The position numbers and the translations under genes were made by a program. Below the pieces are notes generated by a model that did no database searches, was not told where the DNA came from, and saw nothing but the letters and a program-made list of their open reading frames with translations. From assembly GCA_041493345.1 (NCBI GenBank), contig JBGPYQ010000002.1:1-43362 (forward strand): a stretch of DNA of 43,362 nt, given 5' to 3'. This document shows, one piece after another, positions 14,601 through 22,805 of this stretch (the first letter of the stretch is position 1; every line of letters starts with the position of its first letter). Source of the stretch: Gammaproteobacteria bacterium. GTDB lineage: Bacteria > Pseudomonadota > Gammaproteobacteria > Burkholderiales > SG8-39.

Positions 14601-15596
14601 ATGAAGGTCTTTCGATTTTCCGTATTGCCGGTCGCGGCGCTGCTCGCCGCGGCGGCGTGCGCGGTCCATGCCCAGACCAAAGGCAGCGACGCGGCCGCCG
14701 ACTATCCGGCGAAGCCGATCCACATCGTCGTCGGCTTCACCCCCGGGGGCGGACCCGACATTACCGCGCGCTACATCGCGCAAAAGCTCGGTGAAACCTG
14801 GAAGCAGCAGGTTATTGTGGACAACCGGCCCGGGGCGGGCGGCACGGTCGCCGCCGGGCTGGTGGCCCGCGCAACTCCGGACGGCTACACGCTGCTCTCC
14901 GTGTCTTCGGCGCACGCCGTCGCGCCCGCGATCTACTCGAAGCTTTCCTACGATCCGTTCAAGGACCTCTCGGGCATCACCGAGACCGCGAGCTCCAGCT
15001 ACGTGCTGGTCGCCGCGCCCGCGCTCGGAATCCGGACGGTCGGCGACCTGATCGCGGCGGCAAAGGCGAAGCCCGGGCAGCTCAATTTCTCCTCCGCGGG
15101 CGTGGGCAGCGGCACGCACTTCGCCGCCGAGATGTTCAAGGCGATGGCGGCGATCGACGTGGTGCACGTGCCCTTCAAAGGCATACCCGAGTCGCTCACC
15201 GAGACGATGACCGGCCGCGTGCAGTTCTTCATGGCGCCGATAGCGAACGGAGTGAATCTCGTCAGGGACGGCAAGCTCGCCGGGCTCGCCGTTTCATCGG
15301 CGAAGCGCGACCCGCTTTTGCCGCAGGTGCCGACCGTCGCCGAAGCCGGCGTGCCGGGCTACGAGTCGATACTCTGGTTCGGGCTGCTCACGTCTTCCGG
15401 CGTGCCCAAAGCGATCGTGGTGAAGCTCAACCGCGAAATCGTGCGCATCCTCAACGATGCCGAGGTGTTGCAGCGCTGGACCCCGATCGGCCTCGAGCCG
15501 CGGCCGACGACCCCCGAGGCGTTCGACCAGCTGATCCGCGACGACGTCGCCGTCTTCACAAGAATCGCGCGCGCGGCGAACATCAGGGCGGACTGA
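14601..15596 (+). CDS. Bug/TctC-family substrate-binding protein
   Basis: ATG 14601 follows an AGGAGGAG SD. The product starts MKVFRFSVLPVAALLAAAACAVHAQ.., followed by ..DYPAKPIHIVVGFTPGGGPD.., ..SSAGVGSGTHF.. and ..VPFKGIPES... The track ORF start at 14292 is an unsupported extension. Confidence 0.92.
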   Translation: MKVFRFSVLPVAALLAAAACAVHAQTKGSDAAADYPAKPIHIVVGFTPGGGPDITARYIAQKLGETWKQQVIVDNRPGAGGTVAAGLVARATPDGYTLLSVSSAHAVAPAIYSKLSYDPFKDLSGITETASSSYVLVAAPALGIRTVGDLIAAAKAKPGQLNFSSAGVGSGTHFAAEMFKAMAAIDVVHVPFKGIPESLTETMTGRVQFFMAPIANGVNLVRDGKLAGLAVSSAKRDPLLPQVPTVAEAGVPGYESILWFGLLTSSGVPKAIVVKLNREIVRILNDAEVLQRWTPIGLEPRPTTPEAFDQLIRDDVAVFTRIARAANIRAD

Positions 15597-15657
15597 GCTA
15601 CACTTTAGTACGGCTCTGCGAATTCAAATGACGACGAATCTGATGGAGGAAAAACCC

Positions 15658-16671
15658 ATGAAATTCCCGACTCGGCTGCTGATTTTCGCGGTGGCGGCGC
15701 TTGTGTCCGGCGTGGTTCTTGCGCAGGCCCCTTCGACAAGCTCAGAGTCTGCCCTGAGCCCGTCGAAGGGACAGGCCTATCCGTCCAGGCCCGTGCGCCT
15801 GATCGTGGGTTTCCCGGCCGGAGGCCCGGCGGATCTGTTCGGACGCGTGCTCGCGCAGGCGATGGGCGCGAATCTCGGCCAGCAGATCGTGGTGGAGAAC
15901 AAGAGCGGCGTGGGCGGAGTGCTCGGGATTGACGCCGTGGCCAAGGCCGTCCCCGACGGCTACATGCTGGGGCTGAACAACCAGGGGTCCGTGGCGATGG
16001 CGCCGTTCGCGCTGTCGAGCATGCCCTACAACCCGCAGAAGGACCTCGCATTGATCACGACCGTGGTCAAGGTTCCCGAGGTTATCGTCGTGCATCCGTC
16101 GGTCCAGGTGAATAGCCTCGCCGAGCTCATCGCCTACGCCAGGGCGAACCCGGGAAAGGTCAACTACGGCTCCGCGGGAGCGGGCGGCATTACCCATCTC
16201 GCGGCGGAGCTGCTCAAGGCCGAGGCGAAAATCGATATCGTGCACGTGCCGTACAAGGGCGCGGCGCCCGCGGTGAGCGACCTGCTCGGCGGCCAGGTGC
16301 AGATGGGAATCTTCGACGTCCCGGTCGTTCTGCCGCACATCAGGTCGGGCAAGTTCAAGGCGCTCGCGGCGACGAGCGCCAGGCGCGCGCCGTCGCTGCC
16401 CGATATCCCGACCACGGGCGAGGCCGGTTATCCCAAAGTAATTTCCGACAATTGGTACGGCCTCGTTGCGCCGGCGAAAACGCCGGCGGACGTGCTCAAG
16501 CGAATTCACGCCGCGGCGATCGCGGCGCTGCAATCGCCCGCGCTCCTCGATCAGTTCGCCAAGGTGAGCGGAATCGCCTTTCCTTCGACGCCGGAAGAGT
16601 ATGCCGTTTTCCTCTCCGAGGAGCAGGCCAGGTGGAGCGCGATCATCGGGGCGATCGGGTTCAAGGAGTAA
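15658..16671 (+). CDS. Bug/TctC-family substrate-binding protein
   Basis: ATG 15658 (MKFPTRLLIFAVAALVSGVVLAQA) follows a GGAGGA SD. Then YPSRPVRLIVGFPAGGPAD.., ..GSAGAGGITHL.., ..VPYKGAAPA... Confidence 0.92.
   Translation: MKFPTRLLIFAVAALVSGVVLAQAPSTSSESALSPSKGQAYPSRPVRLIVGFPAGGPADLFGRVLAQAMGANLGQQIVVENKSGVGGVLGIDAVAKAVPDGYMLGLNNQGSVAMAPFALSSMPYNPQKDLALITTVVKVPEVIVVHPSVQVNSLAELIAYARANPGKVNYGSAGAGGITHLAAELLKAEAKIDIVHVPYKGAAPAVSDLLGGQVQMGIFDVPVVLPHIRSGKFKALAATSARRAPSLPDIPTTGEAGYPKVISDNWYGLVAPAKTPADVLKRIHAAAIAALQSPALLDQFAKVSGIAFPSTPEEYAVFLSEEQARWSAIIGAIGFKE
15727..15777 (+). repeat. In-frame complete palindromic element (51 nt) at the signal-peptide/mature junction
   Basis: cccttcgacaagctcag (15729-15745) pairs with ctgagcccgtcgaaggg (15754-15770), giving a 17-bp stem with 2 central mismatches. 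The element encodes APSTSSESALSPSKGQA between AQ and YPSRP. Confidence 0.8.
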
Positions 16672-16736
16672 GGCCCTTCGACAAGCTCAGGGCGAACGGT
16701 CATTCAAGAGCCCGTTCGTGGTGAGCTTGTCGAACC
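16672..16736. repeat. Intergenic full-length palindromic element of the same family (possible bidirectional terminator)
   Basis: ttcgacaagctca (16677-16689) pairs with tgagcttgtcgaa (16722-16734), and the inner cgaacgg (16693-16699) pairs with ccgttcg (16712-16718). It lies between convergent genes (Bug stop 16671, SDR stop 16749). Confidence 0.7.
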
Positions 16737-16748
16737 ACGAACCGCGCC

Positions 16749-17549
16749 TCAGTCGCAACGCGCGGTCATGCCGCCGTCGACGATGATCTCGGTTCCGGTG
16801 ACGAAACGCGCCTCGTCGGAGGCGAGGAACAGCGCGGCGTTCGCCGTGTCGCGCCCGTCGCCTTCGATCGGCAGCGGAATGCGCTTCTGGCGTTGCGCGA
16901 GCAGCACCTGGATGTCGCCGCCTGCGCGTTGTTTGGCGAGGCGCGCTTCCACCATCGGCGTATGCAACTGCCCGGGCACGACGGTGTTCACGCGGATCCC
17001 TTTGGCAGCGTATTGCACTGCGACGACGCGCGAGAGCTGGATGACGCCGGCCTTGGTCGCCGCGTAGGCCACCTGCGCCGAGCCGGTCCAGCGCAGGCCG
17101 GACGACGACGCGATATTGACGATGGCGCCGCTCTTCTGCCGTTCCATGACCGGAATCACATGCTTGCAGGTCAGAAAGACGCTCTTCAGGTTGAAGTCGA
17201 CCTGCGCATCCCAGACTTCTTCCGTCATTTCGACCGGGCCGCCGGCCGCCGAGCCGCCGACATTGTTCACGAGCACGTCGATTCGCCCCCACGCCTTCAC
17301 GCAGGCCTGCACCATGGCGGCGACCGAGCCCCCGTCCGTGACATCGCATTGATGCGTCTCGATCCGTCCGCCTGCCTTGTTGACGAGCTCGACGGTGTCG
17401 CGAAGTCTTTCAAGGTCGCGATCCACCGCGAAGATCTTCGCTCCCTCTTCGGCAAAACGCACCGCGATCGCCCGGCCGTTGCCCCAGCCGGGACCGACCG
17501 AGCCGGCGCCGGTAACGATCGCAATCTTGTCCTGCAGGCGTTTCGTCAT
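16749..17549 (-). CDS. Short-chain dehydrogenase/reductase (SDR)
   Basis: ATG 17549 (MTKRLQDKIAIVTGAGSVGPGWGNG..) overlaps the upstream stop (ATGA). It has the TGxxxGxG Rossmann motif, the ..NIASSSG.. catalytic Ser region, YAATKAG (YxxxK) and PG..HTP. Confidence 0.9.
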   Translation of the reverse strand: MTKRLQDKIAIVTGAGSVGPGWGNGRAIAVRFAEEGAKIFAVDRDLERLRDTVELVNKAGGRIETHQCDVTDGGSVAAMVQACVKAWGRIDVLVNNVGGSAAGGPVEMTEEVWDAQVDFNLKSVFLTCKHVIPVMERQKSGAIVNIASSSGLRWTGSAQVAYAATKAGVIQLSRVVAVQYAAKGIRVNTVVPGQLHTPMVEARLAKQRAGGDIQVLLAQRQKRIPLPIEGDGRDTANAALFLASDEARFVTGTEIIVDGGMTARCD

Positions 17550-18433
17550 GGGCTGTGCGAAAGTCTTTTGGGAAAGCCGTAGAAGCGTTTCGGATTGTCT
17601 ACGAGCAGCGCCTGCCTTTGCGCTGTGGAGGGCGCGATTTCGGACAGCAGATCGACGAGGATGCCGTCGTCGGGAACATGGGCGAGGTTCGGATGCGGCC
17701 AGTCGGTGCCCCACAAGCTGCGGTCGCCGAACTCCGCGACCAGCTTGCGCGCAAACGGAATCGAATCCTCCCAGGGCGGGGGCTTGCGGGAATTACGCTC
17801 GGAGCCGCTCACCTTGACGCGGAAGCGCTTGTCGCGCATCAGCTCGAGTAGTAGCCGGAAGGCCGGCTGGTCCACGCCCCGGGACGAGTCCATGCGCCCC
17901 ATGTGATCGATGACGACGGGCACGGCGGAGCGCTTGAGCCAGGGCGAAAGTTCTTCGATCAGCGAGCTCTCGAAATGCACCTGCAAATGCCAGCCCAGGT
18001 CCGCGAGCCGCTTGCCGAGGGCGATCGCATCCTCGATGCCTGCGCTCTTGCCCAGGTGCTTCATGAAATTGAAACGCACCCCGCAGAATCCCAGCGCGTC
18101 CAGGCGCCGCAGCTCGGCGTCGGCGACCGTCACCGGCAGCAGCGCGACGCCGCAATAGGCGCCGTTCTTCGCCGCGATTGCATCGGCGACGACGGCGTTG
18201 TCGAATCCGTGGCAGGTGGACTGCACGATCACGCAGTGCTCGATGCCCATCTGCGCGTGCATCGCGAACAGCTTTTCCTTGGGCGCGTCGGCGGGCGTGA
18301 ACGGGCGGTTCCCGGCGAACGGGAATTTGCTCTGCGGCCCGAAAACGTGGACGTGCGCATCGCATGCGCCTGCCGGAAGCCGAAGCTTCGGCTTGCCCGG
18401 CGAGGGATGATAAGAGGGAGCCGGATCATTCAT
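17546..18433 (-). CDS. Amidohydrolase-2 family (LigI/2-pyrone-4,6-dicarboxylate-lactonase-like) hydrolase
   Basis: 295 aa with ..CDAHVHVFGP.. near the N-terminus and ..VIDHMGR.. and ..WGTDWPHP.. later, the typical PF04909-type metal/lactonase signature. Confidence 0.88.
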   Translation of the reverse strand: MNDPAPSYHPSPGKPKLRLPAGACDAHVHVFGPQSKFPFAGNRPFTPADAPKEKLFAMHAQMGIEHCVIVQSTCHGFDNAVVADAIAAKNGAYCGVALLPVTVADAELRRLDALGFCGVRFNFMKHLGKSAGIEDAIALGKRLADLGWHLQVHFESSLIEELSPWLKRSAVPVVIDHMGRMDSSRGVDQPAFRLLLELMRDKRFRVKVSGSERNSRKPPPWEDSIPFARKLVAEFGDRSLWGTDWPHPNLAHVPDDGILVDLLSEIAPSTAQRQALLVDNPKRFYGFPKRLSHSP

Positions 18434-18466
18434 CGTCGGGTCGCTTGTGCAGGACTCTCTGCTATT

Positions 18467-18499
18467 CCCTCTCCCTCGGGGAGAGGACCAGGGTGAGGG
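18467..18499. repeat. ccctctccc/gggagagg + gggtgaggg palindromic repeat (same family as the core of 3084-3218, opposite orientation)
   Basis: ccctctccctcggggagaggaccagggtgaggg lies between the Bug stop (18506) and the amidohydrolase start (18433). Compare ccctcaccccaaccctctcccggagggagaggg at 3107-3139. Confidence 0.6.
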
Positions 18500-18505
18500 T
18501 AGTCC

Positions 18506-19471
18506 TCACTCCACTTTTACGCCGCCCGCCTTCACCACCTTCGACCAGAGCTCGTATTCGCCCCGGATTCGCGCGGTCAGCTCGTCGGGCCCGCTTCCCA
18601 CGGCGATCGAGCCCTGGACGAGGAGGCTCCCTTTCATCTCCGGCGCGTTGACGATCGCGGAGATCTCGCGCTGGAGCTGCTCGATGACCGGCGCGGGCAG
18701 GCCCGCCGGCCCGAGCACCGCGTACCAGTAGTCGATCTCGAATCCCTTCAGCCCCGCTTCCGCCGCGGTGGGCACCTCCGGCAGCCCCGGATAGCGGTTG
18801 CGGCTCGCGATCGCCAGCGCCTTGAGCCGGCCGCTCTTGAAGTGCTGCAGCGCGGACAGCACCGCCGGAAAGGTCACGTCCGTTTCTCCCCCGAGCATCG
18901 CGGTCATGGCCGGAGCGATGCCCTTGTACGGCACGTGGGTCATACGGATGCCGGTCAGCTGCATCATCAGCTCGCCCCCAAGATGCACGGGCGTGCCCAC
19001 GCCCGAGGAGGCGAACTTGACGGCCCCCGGACGCGATCTTGCGTACTCGATCAGTTCGGCGAGGCTCTTCGCGGGGACCGAAGGATTCACGGCCACCACC
19101 ACGGGCGCCGTTGCCACCAGCGTCACCGAAGTGAAATCCTTGTTGATGTCGAAAGGCAGATTGGGATAGAGCGCCGGATTGCTCGCGTGCGAGGAAAACG
19201 CCATGATCAGCGTATAGCCATCGGGCGCGCTCCTCGCCACGATCTCGGTTGCAATATTGCCGGCGGCCCCCGCCCGGTTGTCCACGACCACCGTCTTTCC
19301 CCAGCGCTCGCCGAGCTTCTGCGCGACCAGCCGCGAGATGATGTCCACGCCGCCTCCCGGCGTGAAACCCACCAGCAGGCGCACCGGCTTCGCCGGATAT
19401 TGCGCCGAGGCGGGAAAGGCAGCGAACACGGACAAAACGGACAGCGCAAGTACGTGGAGAAGTGTTTTCAT
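18506..19471 (-). CDS. Bug/TctC-family substrate-binding protein
   Basis: 321 aa: MKTLLHVLALSVLSVFAAFPASAQYPAKPVRLLVGFTPGGGVD.., ..ASSGVGTPVHL.., ..VPYKGIAPA... Confidence 0.93.
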   Translation of the reverse strand: MKTLLHVLALSVLSVFAAFPASAQYPAKPVRLLVGFTPGGGVDIISRLVAQKLGERWGKTVVVDNRAGAAGNIATEIVARSAPDGYTLIMAFSSHASNPALYPNLPFDINKDFTSVTLVATAPVVVAVNPSVPAKSLAELIEYARSRPGAVKFASSGVGTPVHLGGELMMQLTGIRMTHVPYKGIAPAMTAMLGGETDVTFPAVLSALQHFKSGRLKALAIASRNRYPGLPEVPTAAEAGLKGFEIDYWYAVLGPAGLPAPVIEQLQREISAIVNAPEMKGSLLVQGSIAVGSGPDELTARIRGEYELWSKVVKAGGVKVE

Positions 19472-19569
19472 TTAGGCCCCGAGGGCAACTGTGCCACGCT
19501 CATGTTACCCGGCGAATACCAGACACGCGAACCCGCGCTTCTTTACCTGCACGCCGAGGCCGTCTGCCA

Positions 19570-20433
19570 TCAGAATTTGAATAGGCGTTGCGGATTGTCC
19601 ACCAGGATCCTGCGCCGGGCCGCTTCATCCGGCGCCCACTTCCCGAGGAGGTTCCACAATTCCATCGAGCCTGCCTTGTCGGCGAATGAAAGATGCGGGT
19701 AATCGCTGCCCCAGATCATCCGGTCGGGCGCCGCTTCGATCAGCGCTTGCGCCATCGGCGCCACGTCGGCAAATCCCTTGGCGACGGACATGCGATACAC
19801 CCCGGTGAGCTTGACCCAGCAGCGCCCGTCGCCGTGGCGCAGGAGATCGAGCAGTTGCTGAAAGCCTGCCTGCTTCACGCCGTCCTTCGCCGGGAACATG
19901 CCGAAATGGGCGACAGTGAAATCGACGTCGAGCTTCTTCAAGACGGGCATCAGCTCGCTCGTCAGCCAGCCCGGCGTCAGGAAATCGAGCTGCCACCCGA
20001 TCTCGGCGAAGCGCGCGCGCAGGCGCTCGATGCGCGGCAGCAGCTTCGCGGCGAACCCCGCCTCGGGCGGCTTTATCGGAGGAACGTTGATGCGCACGCC
20101 GCGCACGCCCAGGGAGTGCAGGTGCGCGAGCTCCGCGTCGGGAACGTTTTCGTCCACATCGACGATCCCGCGGCATTTCGTCCCGACTTCGCGCATCGCA
20201 TCCAGCATGCAGAGGTTGTCGCGGCCGTAGGCGCTGGGCTGGACGAACACGAAGCGCTCCAGCCCCATGCGGCGCGAGAGCGCGAGAAAGTCCCCGAGCG
20301 GCGCGAGCGGCGGCGGGTAGCGAAGGTCGCTTCCGTACGAATAGCGCTCGGACGGGCCGAACACGTGAAAGTGACAGTCGCAGCCCAATGGCGGCGACCT
20401 GAAATCGGGATTCCCTTCTGCGTGCGGCGGCAT
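19570..20433 (-). CDS. Amidohydrolase-2 family (LigI-like) hydrolase
   Basis: ATG 20433 (MPPHAEGNPDFRSPPLGCDCHFHVFGP..), then ..VAHFGMF.. and ..WGSDYPH... It is a paralogue of 17546..18433. Confidence 0.85.
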   Translation of the reverse strand: MPPHAEGNPDFRSPPLGCDCHFHVFGPSERYSYGSDLRYPPPLAPLGDFLALSRRMGLERFVFVQPSAYGRDNLCMLDAMREVGTKCRGIVDVDENVPDAELAHLHSLGVRGVRINVPPIKPPEAGFAAKLLPRIERLRARFAEIGWQLDFLTPGWLTSELMPVLKKLDVDFTVAHFGMFPAKDGVKQAGFQQLLDLLRHGDGRCWVKLTGVYRMSVAKGFADVAPMAQALIEAAPDRMIWGSDYPHLSFADKAGSMELWNLLGKWAPDEAARRRILVDNPQRLFKF

Positions 20434-20452
20434 ATTCACGGTCCGGCCTGAT

Positions 20453-20608
20453 GCGCGACCGTCACGATAATCGAAAAGAATCAATCGGTGCAATCCGGGC
20501 CGACCGGAAGGCAACCCTCGCGGCCCTAAATGGGATCTATCGTTTTTTCATCCGCTGGACGCTACAATCGCGGGTGCCAAGGATGATCCTCCGCGGCCCC
20601 GCGAGGAA
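20453..20608 (+). repeat. Direct repeat copy 1 (156 bp) bracketing the DarAB-like cassette
   Basis: 20453-20494 matches 26768-26809 (42 bp, 1 mismatch). 20495-20608 matches 26940-27052 (4 substitutions + 1 indel, counted by hand). Confidence 0.85.
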
Positions 20609-20657
20609 GCAATTGACAATCAACAAGCTAGTAGAAGCCCCTGCTATCCGATCGCGA

Positions 20658-20685
20658 TTCACAACGTGGCGGCAGGCGATAAAAT
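20658..20685 (+). promoter_or_regulatory. Candidate sigma70 promoter giving a leaderless or near-leaderless darA-like transcript
   Basis: TTCACA (20658-20663), a 16-nt spacer, then TAAAAT (20680-20685), which ends 7 nt before ATG 20693. There is no Shine-Dalgarno between them. Confidence 0.3.
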
Positions 20686-20692
20686 TCAATAC

Positions 20693-21610
20693 ATGAAACG
20701 CGTACTGGTTGTTCATTTTTCGCAAACGGGGCAGCTCGCGCGCGTAATACGGCAATTGGTGTCGCCGCTGGCGTTGGCTGCGGACGTGGAGCTGGTGGAG
20801 GAGGTGCTGCGCCCGCGTCAGCCGTATCCGTTTCCCTGGCCGTTCTGGAGTTTTCTAGACGTCATGCCGGACACCGTGCTGCTCGAACCGCCGGTGCTCG
20901 AACCGCTGTCGGTGCGCGCGGGCGAGCATTTCGAGCTCATCGTGCTGGCGTATCAGGTGTGGTATCTAGCGCCCTCGGGTCCGATGACGGCGTTTCTCAA
21001 GAGCCGGACCGGCCAGCAACTGTTACGTGGCCGACCGGTGGTGACGGCGATCGCGTGCCGCAACATGTGGTTGATGGCGCAGGAGACGGTCAAGCGACTG
21101 ATCCAGGATGCAGGCGGGCAGTTGCGCGACAACGTCGTCTTCACCGACCAGGGGAGCGCGTTGGCGACCTTCATTACTACACCGCGCTGGTTGCTGACCG
21201 GTCGGCGCGACGCGTTCTGGGGCCTGCCGGCGGCGGGCGTGGCGGAGGAGGAGATCGCGAATGCCGATCGCTTCGGTAGCGCGCTGCTGAGCGCCCTGCG
21301 CACAGATCGCGAGCGCGAAAACGCGCCGATGCTCGCCGGTCTGGGCGCCGCGAGCGTGGACTCACGGCTGATTTTCAGCGAGTGTGCCGGGCAGCGCGCG
21401 TTTTCGGCATGGTCGCGCTTGATCCGTTTCGGCGGGGCGCCGGGTTCGACAGGCCGCTCACTGGTGCTCGCGTTGTTTTGCGTCTATCTTGTTGCGATGA
21501 TACTTACTGTTGTGCCGGCGAGCCTGCTGTTGCAGCGGTTGATGCGTCCGCTGTTCGCGGGGCGACTGGAATTGCAAAGGGCGTACTACGAGTTGCCGTC
21601 AGGGCGATAA
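20693..21610 (+). CDS. darA: DarA-like protein (flavodoxin-like N-terminus, C-terminal TM helix), putative dialkylresorcinol-pathway partner of the adjacent KAS III-like enzyme
   Basis: It starts MKRVLVVHFSQTGQL.. (flavodoxin-like beta1-loop) and has ..ELIVLAYQVWYLAPSGPM.. and a hydrophobic ..LVLALFCVYLVAMILTVVPASLLL.. near the C-terminus. It lies immediately upstream of a DarB-type ketosynthase. The family call is from memory of DarA annotations and is not verified. Confidence 0.55.
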   Translation: MKRVLVVHFSQTGQLARVIRQLVSPLALAADVELVEEVLRPRQPYPFPWPFWSFLDVMPDTVLLEPPVLEPLSVRAGEHFELIVLAYQVWYLAPSGPMTAFLKSRTGQQLLRGRPVVTAIACRNMWLMAQETVKRLIQDAGGQLRDNVVFTDQGSALATFITTPRWLLTGRRDAFWGLPAAGVAEEEIANADRFGSALLSALRTDRERENAPMLAGLGAASVDSRLIFSECAGQRAFSAWSRLIRFGGAPGSTGRSLVLALFCVYLVAMILTVVPASLLLQRLMRPLFAGRLELQRAYYELPSGR

Positions 21611-21647
21611 CGGACATCGCAATGCGGAAACAAACGAAGAATCGGGC

Positions 21648-22805
21648 ATGAATCGTCATACCGCTTATATCACGCGCACCTCGGTTTGTTTGCCGAACGC
21701 TCCGGTCGAGAACAATGATACGGAAGCGATCCTGGGCCAGGTGGGCGAGCGCCCGTCGCGCACGCGGCGCATCATCCAGCGCAGCAACGGCATCCGCCGC
21801 CGCTATTACGTCATCGATCCGGCCACCGGCGAGCCGAACTACACAAATGCCAGCCTGACCGCCGATGCGGTCAGGGGATTGGCCGGCGACGGTTTCGCCC
21901 TCGAGGACATGGCGTGCCTAGTATCCGGAACGTCCAACCCGGACCAGCTATTGCCCAACCACGCCGTCATGGTCCACGGCGAACTTGGAGCATCGGTGTG
22001 CGAAGTGGCGGCCACGGCCGGCGTCTGTCTTTCGGGCGTCACGGCCCTGAAGTACGGCTGGCTGTCAGTGATGTCGGGCAGCGCGCGCAACGCGGTCGTG
22101 ACCGCTTCGGAGGTTTCTTCGCTGGGTTTGCGCGCGCACAACTATGGTGCCGAGTGTCATGGCGATTCGCAGGTACAGGAAGCGCATCCCGAGCTCGCGT
22201 TCGAGAAGGACTTTCTGCGCTGGATGCTGTCCGACGGCGCGGCCGCGCTGCTGCTCGAGCCGAAGCCTCGCCCCGGGCTCAATCTGCGCATCGAATGGAT
22301 GGACATCTTCTCCTATGCGCACCTGTTGCCGGCATGCATGTACTTGGGCGCGGAAAAGCAGCCTGACGGTAGGCTGCGCGGCTGGATGCGTTATTCGGCG
22401 CACGAGCGCGAAACGAAATCGCTGTTCGCGTTGAAGCAGGACATCAGATTGCTCAACGACGAGGTCGTGGAGCATACCTTGGTGAAGCCGCTCCGCCGCG
22501 TTGTTGCGCAACGTTCTATTTCCGTTGGAGACGTGGACTGGTTCCTGCCGCACATCTCGTCGGAATTTTTCCGCGCGCCGGTCGCCAGCGGGCTCGCTCA
22601 CGCGGGATTGCCAGTCCCCGCGGAGCGTTGGTTCACCAATCTCACATGGGTGGGCAATGCTGGGTCCGCCTCGATTTTTATCATGCTCGACGAACTGTTG
22701 CGCAGCGGCCGACTGCGTGAAGGGCAACATCTCCTGTGCTTCGTACCGGAGAGCGGACGCTTTTCGAGCGGCTTCATTTATCTCACGGCGACGGCAAATG
22801 CGTGA
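21648..22805 (+). CDS. darB: KAS III (FabH)-like condensing enzyme, DarB-like
   Basis: 385 aa with the N-terminus ..AYITRTSVCLPNAPVENNDTEAILG..PSRTRRIIQRSNGIRRRYYV... The Cys-His-Asn triad candidates are ..TAGVCLSGV.., ..WFLPHISS.. and ..WVGNAGSASIFIMLDEL... Confidence 0.72.
   Translation: MNRHTAYITRTSVCLPNAPVENNDTEAILGQVGERPSRTRRIIQRSNGIRRRYYVIDPATGEPNYTNASLTADAVRGLAGDGFALEDMACLVSGTSNPDQLLPNHAVMVHGELGASVCEVAATAGVCLSGVTALKYGWLSVMSGSARNAVVTASEVSSLGLRAHNYGAECHGDSQVQEAHPELAFEKDFLRWMLSDGAAALLLEPKPRPGLNLRIEWMDIFSYAHLLPACMYLGAEKQPDGRLRGWMRYSAHERETKSLFALKQDIRLLNDEVVEHTLVKPLRRVVAQRSISVGDVDWFLPHISSEFFRAPVASGLAHAGLPVPAERWFTNLTWVGNAGSASIFIMLDELLRSGRLREGQHLLCFVPESGRFSSGFIYLTATANA

Noticed and set aside
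20531-20587. Possible 18-codon uORF (MGSIVFSSAGRYNRGCQG) inside the duplicated leader. In copy 2 (26974-27087) a G-to-T change removes the stop, and the frame runs to a TGA overlapping the OMP start (ATGA)
   Set aside because: No Shine-Dalgarno precedes the ATG, the peptide lengths differ between copies, and there is no recognisable leader-peptide logic. I recorded it only as something ribosome profiling could test.
20495-20608. Assigning the duplicated leader to a known riboswitch or sRNA class
   Set aside because: I could not match it to the conserved cores of the classes I know (TPP, cobalamin, glycine, SAM, FMN, c-di-GMP, ZTP, guanidine, fluoride, Mn). I kept it as an unclassified candidate only.
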